Source of the DNA: Acidimicrobiales bacterium
GTDB taxonomy: Bacteria; Actinomycetota; Acidimicrobiia; Acidimicrobiales; AC-9
Length of the DNA stretch: 64,000 nt
Direction of reading: 5' to 3'
NCBI GenBank assembly: GCA_051985455.1
Contig: JBPYEI010000103.1
Location: forward strand, 637-64,636
Shown: piece by piece, positions 27,475-36,654 of the stretch
Layout: each line of letters begins with the position of its first letter
Numbering within the stretch: position 1 is the stretch's first letter
Notes under the pieces: model-generated
Told to the model about the DNA's origin: nothing
Seen by the model: only the letters and a program-made list of their open reading frames with translations
Database searches by the model: none
Translations under genes and position numbers: made by a program

Positions 27475-29385
27475 CTAGAGCGTGGCCGGTCGAGCCTCTG
27501 CGCTGAGGCGTTCATCCTCGCTGATGAGGTGCACGACGGCATTGATGAGGGCGAGGTGCGAGAACGCCTGGGGAAAGTTGCCGAGATGACGACCGGAATG
27601 CGCGTCGATCTCCTCTGCGTACAGACCGAGGGGGCTGGCATAGGACAGGAGCTTCTCGCACAGCGCCCTGGCCCGATCGACCTCCCCGATCTCGGTCAGG
27701 GCTGACACCAGCCAGAAGGAGCAGATGGTGAACGAGCCTTCTTCGCCGGCGAAGCCGTCGTCGATCTCCTCGACCTTGTAGCGCAGCACCAGCTCGTTTT
27801 CGGTCAGCTCGTCGGCTATGGCCAGCACCGTCGCTCGCACCCTGGGGTCGTCAGGGGGGAGGAAGCCGACGAGCGGGATCAGGAGCACCGAGGCGTCGAG
27901 CGCCGTCGTCTCGTAGTGCTGGCAGAAGACACCTCGATCGTCGACACCGTTGGCGCAGACGTCGGCGTGTATCTCATCCGCAGCCTGGCGCCACTCTGCC
28001 TCGCGCTTGGCGTCGCCACGGAGCGCGGCCAACTTCGCCCCGCGGTCTGCGGCCACCCAGCACAGCACCTTGGAGGCGGTGAAGTGGCGGGCCGGACCAC
28101 GAACCTCCCAGATGCCCTGATCCGGTTCGCGCCATGCGGAGAGCGCCGCCTCGACCTGATGCTTGAGCATCGCCCAGCGACGGTCGTCCACCCGGTCGCG
28201 GGACCGAGCGTGGAGGTAGACAGAGTCGACGAGTACGCCCCAGACATCGTGCTGGCGCTGGTTCCACGCCCCGTTACCGATGCGGACCGGCCGGGCTCCG
28301 TCGTAGCCGCTCAGATGATCCAGCGTCTCCTCCTTGAGCTCGCGTTCACCACCGATGCCGTACATGATCTGGAGGTCGGGCTCCTTCTCGGCGAGGTCGA
28401 TGATGTAGTAGAAGAAGTCGCTCGCTTCCCGGTGGAGGCCTAGCGTGTGCAGGCCCCAGAGGATGAACGTCGAGTCACGGAGCCACGTGTACCGGTAGTC
28501 GTAGTTGCGCTCGCCGCCGGGAGTTTCCGGCAGCGAAGATGTTCCAGCCGCCAGGAGGGCGCCCGTCGGTGCGTAGATCAGACCTTTCAGGGTGAGCGCC
28601 GATCGTTGCAGATACTTGCGCCACGGGTGATCCGGGAACTCGCCGCGGCTTATCCACTCGTGCCAGTAGTCCGCCGTCCGAGCGAGTCGGGCGCGTGCCT
28701 CGTCCATGTCCTCGGGTGGGGCGCCGTCGCCCCAAGAGAGGGCACAGAACACCTGCTCACCGTCTCGCAGCCGCTTCCTCGCCACGGCGGCGGGTCCCTC
28801 GAACCCCAGGTTCATGTCGCTGGTGAGGCGGAGATGGGTCTCCTCCTCGCTCGGGCCCGCTTCGGCCTGGCCGTAGTGCTCACCCGTGTAGCGCCAGACG
28901 GCGTGGGTTCGGCCGTAGTCGAACTCGGGCAGGCACTCCATCACGAGGTCGATGGTTCCGTTCACGCACCGAGCCGTCCGCAGGAGCACTCGCTCGGCGG
29001 CGTAGTCGGCCGGCACCCGGCGATGGTCGCCCGTGCGGAACGATCGGTGCCGCCAGGGCCCGACGAGCAGGACGTCACGGACCACGGCCCATCCGGTATT
29101 GGTGCTCCACGTCGTCTCCAGGACCATGGTGCCGGGCAGATACTGCCGGCCGGCAGGAACGGTGACGTCGACGGGAGCCAGCCGAAAGGATCCCGCGTAG
29201 CGGTCGAGCATGGCGGCGAAGATGCTGGGACCGTCCATGCGCGGAAGACACATCCATTCGACGTTGCCGCTGGGTGCGACCAGGGCACACACCTCGCAGT
29301 CAGAGAGGAACCCATAGTCAGCAATCGGGGGAAACCGACTTCCGCTCACCGTCGAGGTGGACAACGGAGGACCTCCTTCCGCCAA
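27475..29385 (-). CDS. Glycoside hydrolase family 15 protein (glucoamylase/trehalase-like)
   Basis: 636 aa. The N-terminus ..IADYGFLSDCEVCALVAPSGNVEWMCLPRMDGPSIFAAMLD.. and ..YDYRYTWLRDSTF.. are typical of bacterial GH15. The track start is a TTG. A second TTG at 29364, 7 nt after GAAGGAGG, is more likely. Confidence 0.85.
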   Translation of the reverse strand: MAEGGPPLSTSTVSGSRFPPIADYGFLSDCEVCALVAPSGNVEWMCLPRMDGPSIFAAMLDRYAGSFRLAPVDVTVPAGRQYLPGTMVLETTWSTNTGWAVVRDVLLVGPWRHRSFRTGDHRRVPADYAAERVLLRTARCVNGTIDLVMECLPEFDYGRTHAVWRYTGEHYGQAEAGPSEEETHLRLTSDMNLGFEGPAAVARKRLRDGEQVFCALSWGDGAPPEDMDEARARLARTADYWHEWISRGEFPDHPWRKYLQRSALTLKGLIYAPTGALLAAGTSSLPETPGGERNYDYRYTWLRDSTFILWGLHTLGLHREASDFFYYIIDLAEKEPDLQIMYGIGGERELKEETLDHLSGYDGARPVRIGNGAWNQRQHDVWGVLVDSVYLHARSRDRVDDRRWAMLKHQVEAALSAWREPDQGIWEVRGPARHFTASKVLCWVAADRGAKLAALRGDAKREAEWRQAADEIHADVCANGVDDRGVFCQHYETTALDASVLLIPLVGFLPPDDPRVRATVLAIADELTENELVLRYKVEEIDDGFAGEEGSFTICSFWLVSALTEIGEVDRARALCEKLLSYASPLGLYAEEIDAHSGRHLGNFPQAFSHLALINAVVHLISEDERLSAEARPATL

Positions 29386-29536
29386 GGGTCACCCTGAGTG
29401 TAGGACGGCTCGGCTGTCCAAGCCTGTCGTCCTCCATCGGTCGACGCGGTCGTCCGGCATCGAGGACTTCTCTCAGATATGGTGGGCGGCGTCGGGACGA
29501 AAGCGGCGAGACGTTCCGACGTCGGAAGGACATGCG

Positions 29537-30577
29537 ATGCGGGCGATTGCCGCTGTTCCGGGCAAAGTGGACCTTGCCGGCGTGGTCGATGTTCCCGACC
29601 CCCCGTCCGCGGACGGCTCGGTGCTCGTACGCGGGCGGACCGTCGGCATCTGTGGCACCGACGCCGAGATCGTTTTTGACGGCTACGGGACGCTGCCCGA
29701 CGGGGCGGACCGGCTCGTCCTGGGTCACGAGTCGCTCGGGGAGGTCGTCGACGCCCCCGCCGGCAGTGGGCTCGAGGTGGGCGATCTCGTCGTGGGTATC
29801 GTTCGGCGCCCCGACCCCGAGCCGTGCAAGTGCTGCCAGAACGGTGAGTGGGACATGTGCCGCAACGGTCGCTTCGTCGAGCGGGGGATCAAGGGCGCTC
29901 CTGGTTACGGCAGCGAGCTCTGGCGCATCGATCCCGGCTTCGCCGTCAAGGTCGACCCGAGCCTCGGAGAGCTCGGTGTCCTTCTCGAGCCGACCTCCGT
30001 CGTCGCCAAGGCCTGGGAGCACCTGGAGAGGATCGGAGCCAGGGCCTGCTTCGACCCGCAGATCGCCGTCGTCACCGGGGCCGGTCCGGTCGGGCTGCTG
30101 GCGGCGCTGCTGGCACGACTGCGCGGCCTGGAGACCTGGGTCCTCGACATCGTCACCGAGGGACCGAAACCGCAGCTCGTGGCGGACCTAGGGGCGAACT
30201 ACTCGACCTCTCCCGCATCCGAGCTGCCCGTACAACCGGACGTGGTCATCGAGTGCACCGGCCTGGGCCCTGTTCTCACCGAGGTCATCGACTCCGCATC
30301 TCCGAACGCCGTGATCGCCCTGGCCGGCGTCGCCCATCACCCCCACGTCGTGTCGACCGACATCCACGCCGTCAATCGCCAGATCGTGCTGGGCAACCAG
30401 GTGATCTTCGGGACCGTCAACGCCGCCCGCCGACACTACGACCAGGCGGCGGAGGCCCTCGCGCGAGCCGATCGCGGCTGGCTGGGGAGGCTGATCACCA
30501 GGCAGGTACCGATGGCCACGTGGCCCGACGCGCTGGCGAAAGAGCCCGACGACATCAAGGTCATCGTGGCGCTGTGA
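29537..30577 (+). CDS. Zn-dependent MDR-family glucose 1-dehydrogenase-like oxidoreductase
   Basis: The ATG at 29537 follows GGAAGGA. Sequence MRAIAAV.., ..VGICGTDAEI.., ..GHESLGEV.., the Cys cluster ..PEPCKCCQNGEWDMCRNG.., ..ERGIKGAPGYGSE.. and ..VVTGAGPVGLL.. resemble archaeal-type glucose dehydrogenases. Confidence 0.8.
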   Translation: MRAIAAVPGKVDLAGVVDVPDPPSADGSVLVRGRTVGICGTDAEIVFDGYGTLPDGADRLVLGHESLGEVVDAPAGSGLEVGDLVVGIVRRPDPEPCKCCQNGEWDMCRNGRFVERGIKGAPGYGSELWRIDPGFAVKVDPSLGELGVLLEPTSVVAKAWEHLERIGARACFDPQIAVVTGAGPVGLLAALLARLRGLETWVLDIVTEGPKPQLVADLGANYSTSPASELPVQPDVVIECTGLGPVLTEVIDSASPNAVIALAGVAHHPHVVSTDIHAVNRQIVLGNQVIFGTVNAARRHYDQAAEALARADRGWLGRLITRQVPMATWPDALAKEPDDIKVIVAL

Positions 30578-30634
30578 CACCGCTGGGCTCCCGATCGAGC
30601 CCCCGAGCTTGTGGTTTGGAAGTCGGCCCGTCCG

Positions 30635-32065
30635 ATGCCGACTGAGCCCAGCCTCATCGTGGTCGGCGGTGGGCCGGCGGGGACGACCGCCGCGCTCCAG
30701 GGTGCCGAGCTGGGCGGGCAGGTGACCCTCCTCGAGGCCGGAGGGCTCGGTGGCAGCACCCTCAATCGGGGCCCGGCACCCGTGCGCACCTTGGCCCGTG
30801 CCGCCCGGCTCATGCGTGACTGGTCCTCGTGGGAGGCCTTTGGTCTACACGGTGCCGCCCCTGCGCCCGACCTCGTCTCGGTGGTTGCCAACAGTCAGCG
30901 GGTCGCCAGGTACGCCCAGGAGAAGAAGGACCTGAGCGGCCACGTCCGTCGGCACGGGATCGATCTGCGCGAGGACCTGGGCCCGGTGCACTTCGTCGAT
31001 GCCCACACGCTGGCTGCGGACGACGGCCGCACGTGGTCGGCCAGCCGCATCATTCTCGCCGTCGGCGGGCACGCGGCCCACCTTCCCATCCCCGGTGCCG
31101 AGCTGGGGCTCACCTACGAGGACATCCCGTCCCTGGTGGAGCTTCCCCGCCACGCCGTGGTAGTCGGGGGCGCCGATACGGGGTGCCAGATCGCATCCAT
31201 ACTCGCCGATCTCGGCGTCACCGTCGCCGTGTTCGAGGCGGGTGATCGGCTGCTGCCGAGCGCCGATAGCACCGTGTCGTTCGAACTGCGCCGCGCCTAT
31301 GAGGTCCAGGGCATCGAGGTTCACACAGAGACGCTGGTCGAGGCGCTACGCAAGGAAGAGGCTGGTATTCGTATCTGCTGTCGGAAGGGCGAGTCGGCCG
31401 AGGACACCCTGGCCGACACTGTGTTCTTCGCCGTCGGCTGGCCCGCCAACGTTGACCAGCTCGCCCTCGCACAAGCCGGTGTGCTCGCTGACCGCAGGAC
31501 GATCCCGGTGGACGTGTTCCTGCGTACCAACGTCGACCACATCTTCGCTGTCGGGGACGTCAACGGCCGGTCGATGCTCGTGCAGACGGCCCGGTTGGAG
31601 GGACGGATCGCCGCCCACAATGCCGTGCTGGGGCCCACCAGGCAAGCGACCTATGACGTGGTCCCGAGCGGCAGCTTCACCGATCCGGAATACGGCAGGG
31701 TGGGCCTCACCGAGGCCGAGGCAGCACAGGAGCACGACGTCGTCACCGGTATCGCACGCTACGACGACCTGCTCCGACCGGTTGCCGACGGCCGGCCCGA
31801 GGGATTCTGCAAGCTCATCGCCGATCGCAGCTCCCACATGATCCTCGGCGCGCATGTCCTCGGCGAGTACTCGGCCGAGACAGTGCAGACCGTCGCCGCC
31901 TGCATGGTGGGAGGAATGACCGTCGAGCGAGTGGCAGAGCTCCAGCTCGCCTTTCCGACCTTCACCGAAGGCGTGAGCATGGCGGCCCAGATGATCTGTC
32001 GCACCCTCGACGTCGGACGCTTCCCCCGCGTGTGGAGCTATCTGGGGTCGGAGGACGACGACTAG
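30635..32065 (+). CDS. Flavoprotein disulfide reductase family homolog lacking the redox-active CxxxxC and the catalytic His
   Basis: Sequence ..LIVVGGGPAGTTAA.. is the FAD site and ..VVVGGADTGCQIAS.. the NAD site. The dimerisation domain is present. Where family members have GGTC-x-N-x-GC-x-PSK, this protein has GGSTLNRGPAPVR. Where they have H-x-H-P-T-x-x-E, it has LAFPTFTE. GTG 30611 is an alternative start. Confidence 0.8.
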   Translation: MPTEPSLIVVGGGPAGTTAALQGAELGGQVTLLEAGGLGGSTLNRGPAPVRTLARAARLMRDWSSWEAFGLHGAAPAPDLVSVVANSQRVARYAQEKKDLSGHVRRHGIDLREDLGPVHFVDAHTLAADDGRTWSASRIILAVGGHAAHLPIPGAELGLTYEDIPSLVELPRHAVVVGGADTGCQIASILADLGVTVAVFEAGDRLLPSADSTVSFELRRAYEVQGIEVHTETLVEALRKEEAGIRICCRKGESAEDTLADTVFFAVGWPANVDQLALAQAGVLADRRTIPVDVFLRTNVDHIFAVGDVNGRSMLVQTARLEGRIAAHNAVLGPTRQATYDVVPSGSFTDPEYGRVGLTEAEAAQEHDVVTGIARYDDLLRPVADGRPEGFCKLIADRSSHMILGAHVLGEYSAETVQTVAACMVGGMTVERVAELQLAFPTFTEGVSMAAQMICRTLDVGRFPRVWSYLGSEDDD

Positions 32066-32128
32066 GGGCTTGGCGTTGCTGGCGAGCTCTTGATCGCCGA
32101 CGGCCGATGGTGTTGGCGCAGCGAGCAG

Positions 32129-32923
32129 CTAGGGGCCTTGGGTAAGCGCCGAGAAGTTCAACACCTGCTGGAGCGGATCGGAGGAGACCGCTATAGACCC
32201 GGAGAAGGGGTATTCCAGGATCAAGACGGTGGCCAGCCCCAGGCCGATGATGAGAGAGATGGCGAGCACGAGCAGGATGTCCAAGCCTGGCTGGTGGACC
32301 TTGAGGAAGACGACCGTCACAAAGCTGATGGCGGACAAGACGAACAGGAGAGCTATCAGGGCGCCAGGGACAGAAGAGTCGGCGTCGCTGACGCGGGTGT
32401 CTCGATCGGCGATGAGGTCGTTCACCTGTGACACGGCCGAGTCGTAGAAGCTGACCTGGGTCTGGGTCTCCGGCGTGTAGGACCGCAGGGCCACCGAGAT
32501 CCCTAGGAGGCGCGCCAGGCTTTGCGGGTCCTCATTACCTTGTCGCAACGCCGGGAACTCGTGGTCCCGAACCTCGGTCACGTACCGGTGGACCGCGTCC
32601 TTGATCGCGTTCTCGTTTTCAGGAGGAAAGGCATCGGCGTCTTGGATGATCTTGATCAGGCTGTTCGCTTCCGCAGTGACGCCCGCCGAGGCGTCCTTGT
32701 ACGACGTGTAGAGGTCGACGACCACGAGGGCGAGGACGAGGGCGAAGAAGGTCATGGCGATGGCGCTGACGGCGAGGATCGACTGGCTCGAGGCCTCCGC
32801 TCTCCAGCCCGGCAGTCTGGTGCGGACGAGGAGCTCCCCCCCGACGCCGATGATCACGGCGACGGTGATAAAGATGAGAATCAGCGCCCAGTCCGGCAGA
32901 TTGTTCAGGAGTGCCCGGCCCAT
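32129..32923 (-). CDS. DUF4239-like (bestrophin-like) membrane protein
   Basis: 264 aa with two N-terminal TM segments, a soluble middle part and two C-terminal TM segments. The overall pattern resembles DUF4239. Assignment is by eye. Confidence 0.6.
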   Translation of the reverse strand: MGRALLNNLPDWALILIFITVAVIIGVGGELLVRTRLPGWRAEASSQSILAVSAIAMTFFALVLALVVVDLYTSYKDASAGVTAEANSLIKIIQDADAFPPENENAIKDAVHRYVTEVRDHEFPALRQGNEDPQSLARLLGISVALRSYTPETQTQVSFYDSAVSQVNDLIADRDTRVSDADSSVPGALIALLFVLSAISFVTVVFLKVHQPGLDILLVLAISLIIGLGLATVLILEYPFSGSIAVSSDPLQQVLNFSALTQGP

Positions 32924-32962
32924 CGGAGCCGTACCCTACGCGACGGGCGCTGCCGGTGCGTC

Positions 32963-33856
32963 CTATCCGTACGAGAAGGTGAGGGTGTTGGACGTTCCGG
33001 CCGCAGTCGTCACTGTTACCGTGACGGTGGAACGCGCTCCACCGATCGCGGGAACGGTCAGGGTGCACGAGGTCGGCGTCGAACAACTCGTCCCGGCAGC
33101 TTCACCGTTGAAGCGGGCCAGGACCTGTCCGTCGGAGCTGATGAGGTTGGTGCCGGAGACGACGACGGTCTGACCGGCCGTTCCATGGCCCGGGGTCATC
33201 GACGAGAGCTCGGGTCCCGCGCCTGGCGTGGCCGCGGCGGGCGCGGGGGCCGCAGCCGCTGCCGGGGCGGTTGGACCGGGCGGGATCGTCGAGACGGACT
33301 GGGGACTCGTCGGGGCGGGCGCCGGCGCCGTGGGGTGCGTCAGCGACGTGGTCGGCTGGTGGGTACCGGGCCGTGCGACGGCATGGGTGCGAGACGAGCT
33401 CGAGCCGCCGCGGGCGTTCAGGACGATGACCGCGACAACGACCGCCACCCCGGCCAGGATCCCGGCCGCGGCCATCCGGGGGAGCTTGCGTTGGCTGAGA
33501 GCGGCGGCGTCCGGGTAAGGGGGGGCAGCGAACGCCAGATCGTGATCGAGCAGCTCCGAGCCCGTCACACCCTCCGTGGGCGGCTCAGACTCCAAGATGG
33601 GAGGTGGGGAGCCGCCTCCTTCACCCGCGCTTAACCGGGGGTGGTGGTCGACGACAGCCGGCGGCGCACCACCAGAGTTGGCCGCTCGTGCCCGCCGGGA
33701 AGCGTCGCCCATGGCTCGGAGAGCGCGGTCGCCCGGTCCAGAGGGTCGAGGGTGGCGTTCGAGCTCGGTATCGGCCTGCTGGCGGGACTCGCCGCGTGGG
33801 GCCCCAGTCGCATCCACGGCCATCACCCCTTTGGCCTGGTTGGCATCTCCCCGCAC
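32963..33856 (-). CDS. Single-pass membrane protein with Pro/Ala/Thr linker and C-terminal IPT/TIG-like beta-sandwich domain
   Basis: The TM segment is ..MAAAGILAGVAVVVAVIVL... The C-terminus ..GHGTAGQTVVVSGTNL..LARFNG..TSCTLTVPA..STVTVTVTTAAGTSNTLTFSY is IPT/TIG-like. The N-terminal ~95 codons of the track ORF look non-coding. GTG 33568 or the ATG before the TM segment are plausible starts. Confidence 0.55.
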   Translation of the reverse strand: MRGDANQAKGVMAVDATGAPRGESRQQADTELERHPRPSGPGDRALRAMGDASRRARAANSGGAPPAVVDHHPRLSAGEGGGSPPPILESEPPTEGVTGSELLDHDLAFAAPPYPDAAALSQRKLPRMAAAGILAGVAVVVAVIVLNARGGSSSSRTHAVARPGTHQPTTSLTHPTAPAPAPTSPQSVSTIPPGPTAPAAAAAPAPAAATPGAGPELSSMTPGHGTAGQTVVVSGTNLISSDGQVLARFNGEAAGTSCSTPTSCTLTVPAIGGARSTVTVTVTTAAGTSNTLTFSYG

Positions 33857-34189
33857 AGTTCGTCGGTGGGTTGCTGGTCCACTCCGACCACTCCAGGCTA
33901 CCTGTTGTAGTGACTCGCCAGTCGGGTGATGCGCTCCAGCAGCTGCTGCTCGTGGATCGCTGCCCGCCGCAAAGCCTCTTCCAGCTCTTTCTCATCACTC
34001 AGAATCCGTACCGCTGACGGTCTCCGGGTCGTGGACGGCGACGGCTCGAGGGCGGGTGCCGGGGGAGGACTGGCGGAATGAGCGGATCGACCCTCGGCCT
34101 CTGCCAGCACCGATGTTGCGCTCCCTCGTCGCCAGAACACTGCCACGGCGTCTCTCCCTACTCCTCTCGACGACCCTCGGCACAGACGA

Positions 34190-34483
34190 CCTGCCGGAGG
34201 CGCAGCGAGGGCCGCCGCTGCCCGTGGCAAGACTCTCACACAAAGCGTCCGACCGGTAGAGCGGCATCGAACGCTGGACGATCGGGATCAGGCCATCGTC
34301 TCCGCCCACATTCAACGGATGAACGCCACGCGTATCGTGATCGCCGATCGTCTGAGCACGATCCGCCACGCCGACAGGATCTACGTGCTCGACCACGGTC
34401 GGCTCACCCAGGCTGGAGCCTTCGACGAGCTGATGGCCGTTGAAGGGCCCTTCCGCCGTTTGGCGGCACGACAGCTGCTGTGA
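34190..34483 (+). pseudogene. Decayed C-terminal fragment of an ABC exporter ATPase domain
   Basis: Hand translation (stop TGA at 34481-34483) gives ..PAGGAARAAAARGKTLTQSVRPVERHRTLDDRDQAIVSAHIQRMNATRIVIADRLSTIRHADRIYVLDHGRLTQAGAFDELMAVEGPFRRLAARQLL. This aligns in length and order with LSGGQ..IARAL....ILILDEATSALD.....V......R T.IVIAHRLSTI..AD.I.VL..G.I.E.G.H.EL. The signature and Walker B are degenerate, and no Walker A or TMD lies upstream. The in-frame stop is at 34079-34081 and the first start codon is ATG 34319. Confidence 0.6.
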
Positions 34484-34571
34484 CGCCGCCCCCCACCGGT
34501 CGCGCCGGCGCAGGCGCCGGATGCAACCGCTGCGTTACATTCGGAGCTTGGCCGCCGGAAGGAGGGAGTGA

Positions 34572-35810
34572 GTGACCGAGGAGCGGGTAGCCGCACGGCT
34601 CTACTCACTGCTGGCAGCTCTGACGGGCGCTTCCACGGTCGAGGCCGTGGCCGATGCCGTGCTCACCGAGGGCGTCACAGCCTTGGGAGCCGACGGCGGG
34701 GGGATGCTGCTGGCCACCGACGAGAACCAGATCATCGTGCCCGGCGCGGTGGGGTACGAGCAGGTGGTCGTCGACCGCCTGCGGGCCGAATCGCCGTCGG
34801 CCGAGCTGCCCGCCGCCTTCGCCCTGCGCACGGGCCAGCCCGTGTGGGTCGAGAACGAGGCTGATCGCGACGCCAGGTTTCCCGAGCTGGCGGGGATCGA
34901 AGAAGGGACGGCCTCGATCTGCGCCGTGCCGCTGGAGGTCAACGGGCGACGCATCGGAGCCCTTCGGTTCTCATTCTCCGAAGCCAAGGTTTTCGACGAG
35001 AGTGAACGTCGATTCGTGTTCACGCTGGCAGGACAGTGCGCGCAGGCGCTGGATCGCGCCCAGCAATACACGACGCGACTGGAAGCCAGCAAACGACTTC
35101 AACGGAGCCTCCTGCCACCCGAGCTGCCCCGCATTCCCACCCTCGAGGTGGCAGCCGGGTACAGCCCTCTCGGATCGGGGCTCGAGATCGGCGGCGACTT
35201 CTACGACGCGTGGCAGGTGGGAGACCGGTGGGCCTTCGCCATCGGCGACGTGGGCGGCAGCGGGCTCGAGACCGCTGCCCTCACCGCGCAGGTCCGTTTC
35301 ACGCTCCGGGCGCTGACCATCAGCACGACGTCGCCGAAGGAGGTCGTCGAGCTGCTCGACGCCAGCCTGTTGTCGTCGGCCGAGGCCTGGGGCGACGAGG
35401 AACGCTTCTGCACGGCCATCTTCGGGTTCGTCTCGGTGCGTGAGGCCGGGGTGACGCTGCAGATGGCCGGAGGGGGTCATCCACCTCCGGTGGTCCGACG
35501 GGCCGACGGGCGGGTCGAAGAGCTCGCCCCGCTCGGGTCGTTGCTGGGGATGCTGGACGAGGCCGAGGTGGGCGAGCGCACGCTGTCGTTGTCGGCCGGT
35601 GACTGCTTGCTGCTCTTCACCGATGGCCTCGCCGAAGCCCGACGCGATCGGGAACAGTTCGGCACCGAACGGATCGTCGAGACCTTCGCCCGCGCCCCCC
35701 TCGACGCCAAGGGCGTCGTCGCCGCCACGCAGCAAGCCGTGCTGGCCTTCTCCGAGGGCTCGCTAGGCGACGACCTGGCGATCCTGGTCTTTCGGGTGAG
35801 GCCGCAGTAA
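34572..35810 (+). CDS. GAF domain - PP2C/SpoIIE (RsbU-like) serine phosphatase
   Basis: The N-terminal GAF-like domain reads ..GGGMLLATDENQIIV..ASICAVPLEVNGRRIGALRFSF... The PPM part reads ..LQRSLLPPELP..GGDFYDAW..AIGDVGGSGLETAALTAQ...LLFTDGL.E. The [10 protein letters not shown] lies upstream. Confidence 0.85.
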   Translation: MTEERVAARLYSLLAALTGASTVEAVADAVLTEGVTALGADGGGMLLATDENQIIVPGAVGYEQVVVDRLRAESPSAELPAAFALRTGQPVWVENEADRDARFPELAGIEEGTASICAVPLEVNGRRIGALRFSFSEAKVFDESERRFVFTLAGQCAQALDRAQQYTTRLEASKRLQRSLLPPELPRIPTLEVAAGYSPLGSGLEIGGDFYDAWQVGDRWAFAIGDVGGSGLETAALTAQVRFTLRALTISTTSPKEVVELLDASLLSSAEAWGDEERFCTAIFGFVSVREAGVTLQMAGGGHPPPVVRRADGRVEELAPLGSLLGMLDEAEVGERTLSLSAGDCLLLFTDGLAEARRDREQFGTERIVETFARAPLDAKGVVAATQQAVLAFSEGSLGDDLAILVFRVRPQ

Positions 35811-35849
35811 GCGGTCGTTGTTTCCCCCTACACAAGAACCCGATGGAGG

Positions 35850-36227
35850 CTAGGGGGTGCCCCTCCCCAACTCGAACCAGACGGCCTTTCCGCGAGGGCC
35901 GGCGTTCACGCCCCAGGAGGTGGCTAGGGCGTCGACGATCTGGAGGCCGCGGCCGTGCTCCTCCAACAGGCTTGCGCTCTCTCTCCGTCGCGCCGGTTGA
36001 TTGCTGCTGTCGATCACGCTCACCCTGAGCCTGGTGTCGTCGATATCCACTTCCACGATCATGTCCGAGCGGGCGTGGAGGACCACGTTGGTGACGAGCT
36101 CGCTGCTGAGCAGGGCAGCCGTATCACTGAGGTCGTCACGACCAGCCCGCTGCAAGGCGCCCACGACGAACTGCCGGGCCGCCAACGCGCCGGTGGCATG
36201 CGGGCTCAGCGCGATGGAGTCTTGCAT
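35850..36227 (-). CDS. RsbW/SpoIIAB-like anti-sigma serine kinase (HATPase_c_2)
   Basis: 125 aa. Sequence ..LLSSELVTNVVLHA.. (N-box) and ..EEHGRGLQIVDALATSWGV.. (G-box region) are present. Confidence 0.8.
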   Translation of the reverse strand: MQDSIALSPHATGALAARQFVVGALQRAGRDDLSDTAALLSSELVTNVVLHARSDMIVEVDIDDTRLRVSVIDSSNQPARRRESASLLEEHGRGLQIVDALATSWGVNAGPRGKAVWFELGRGTP

Positions 36228-36316
36228 GACTGCAGCGTAATCACGCCCGGCCCGGGCGAGCCCCGCTAGCTGGGCCCCTGCCGTACGCTGGGAGTTGGAT
36301 CCTAGCCGGAGAGAGA

Positions 36317-36643
36317 GTGCGGCCGATGGGCGACGAACTGGATACTGCTGCAGAGGGTGCGCACACCTGGGACGCGGAGGTCGACCACTGTGAGCTCACC
36401 GATGCCGAGCTCACGGCCCTGGCCCTCGCGGGCGACCCTGATGAGCCGCTTGATCGGGACGCGGTGCCGGTGAGGCTCTCGCCTTATCAGACGCCACCGC
36501 TTCCGGAGTGGTACATGCCGGCGACGACGGTGCGGAGAGCGAAACGGTGGCGAGCGGCGGTGGTGCTCGTGCTCGTCACCGCCTTTCTCGTGATCGAGGC
36601 GGTCGGCCTGTGCAGCACCTATGGCCAGCTCGTGCGCGGCTGA
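36317..36643 (+). CDS. Small single-TM membrane protein, conserved-hypothetical type
   Basis: 108 aa. An acidic N-terminus (..ELTDAELTALALAGDPDEPLD..) is followed by ..LPEWYMP.. and then the TM segment RWRAAVVLVLVTAFLVIEAVGLC. Codon usage is good. Confidence 0.5.
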   Translation: MRPMGDELDTAAEGAHTWDAEVDHCELTDAELTALALAGDPDEPLDRDAVPVRLSPYQTPPLPEWYMPATTVRRAKRWRAAVVLVLVTAFLVIEAVGLCSTYGQLVRG

Positions 36644-36654
36644 CGGCTGGCCAG

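Noticed and set aside
33898-34239. 113-aa minus-strand ORF
   Set aside because: Most of it overlaps the ABC-ATPase fossil and is R/A/S-rich. Only the last ~40 residues look like protein, and they lack a nearby canonical start. I treat it as part of the decayed region rather than as a gene.
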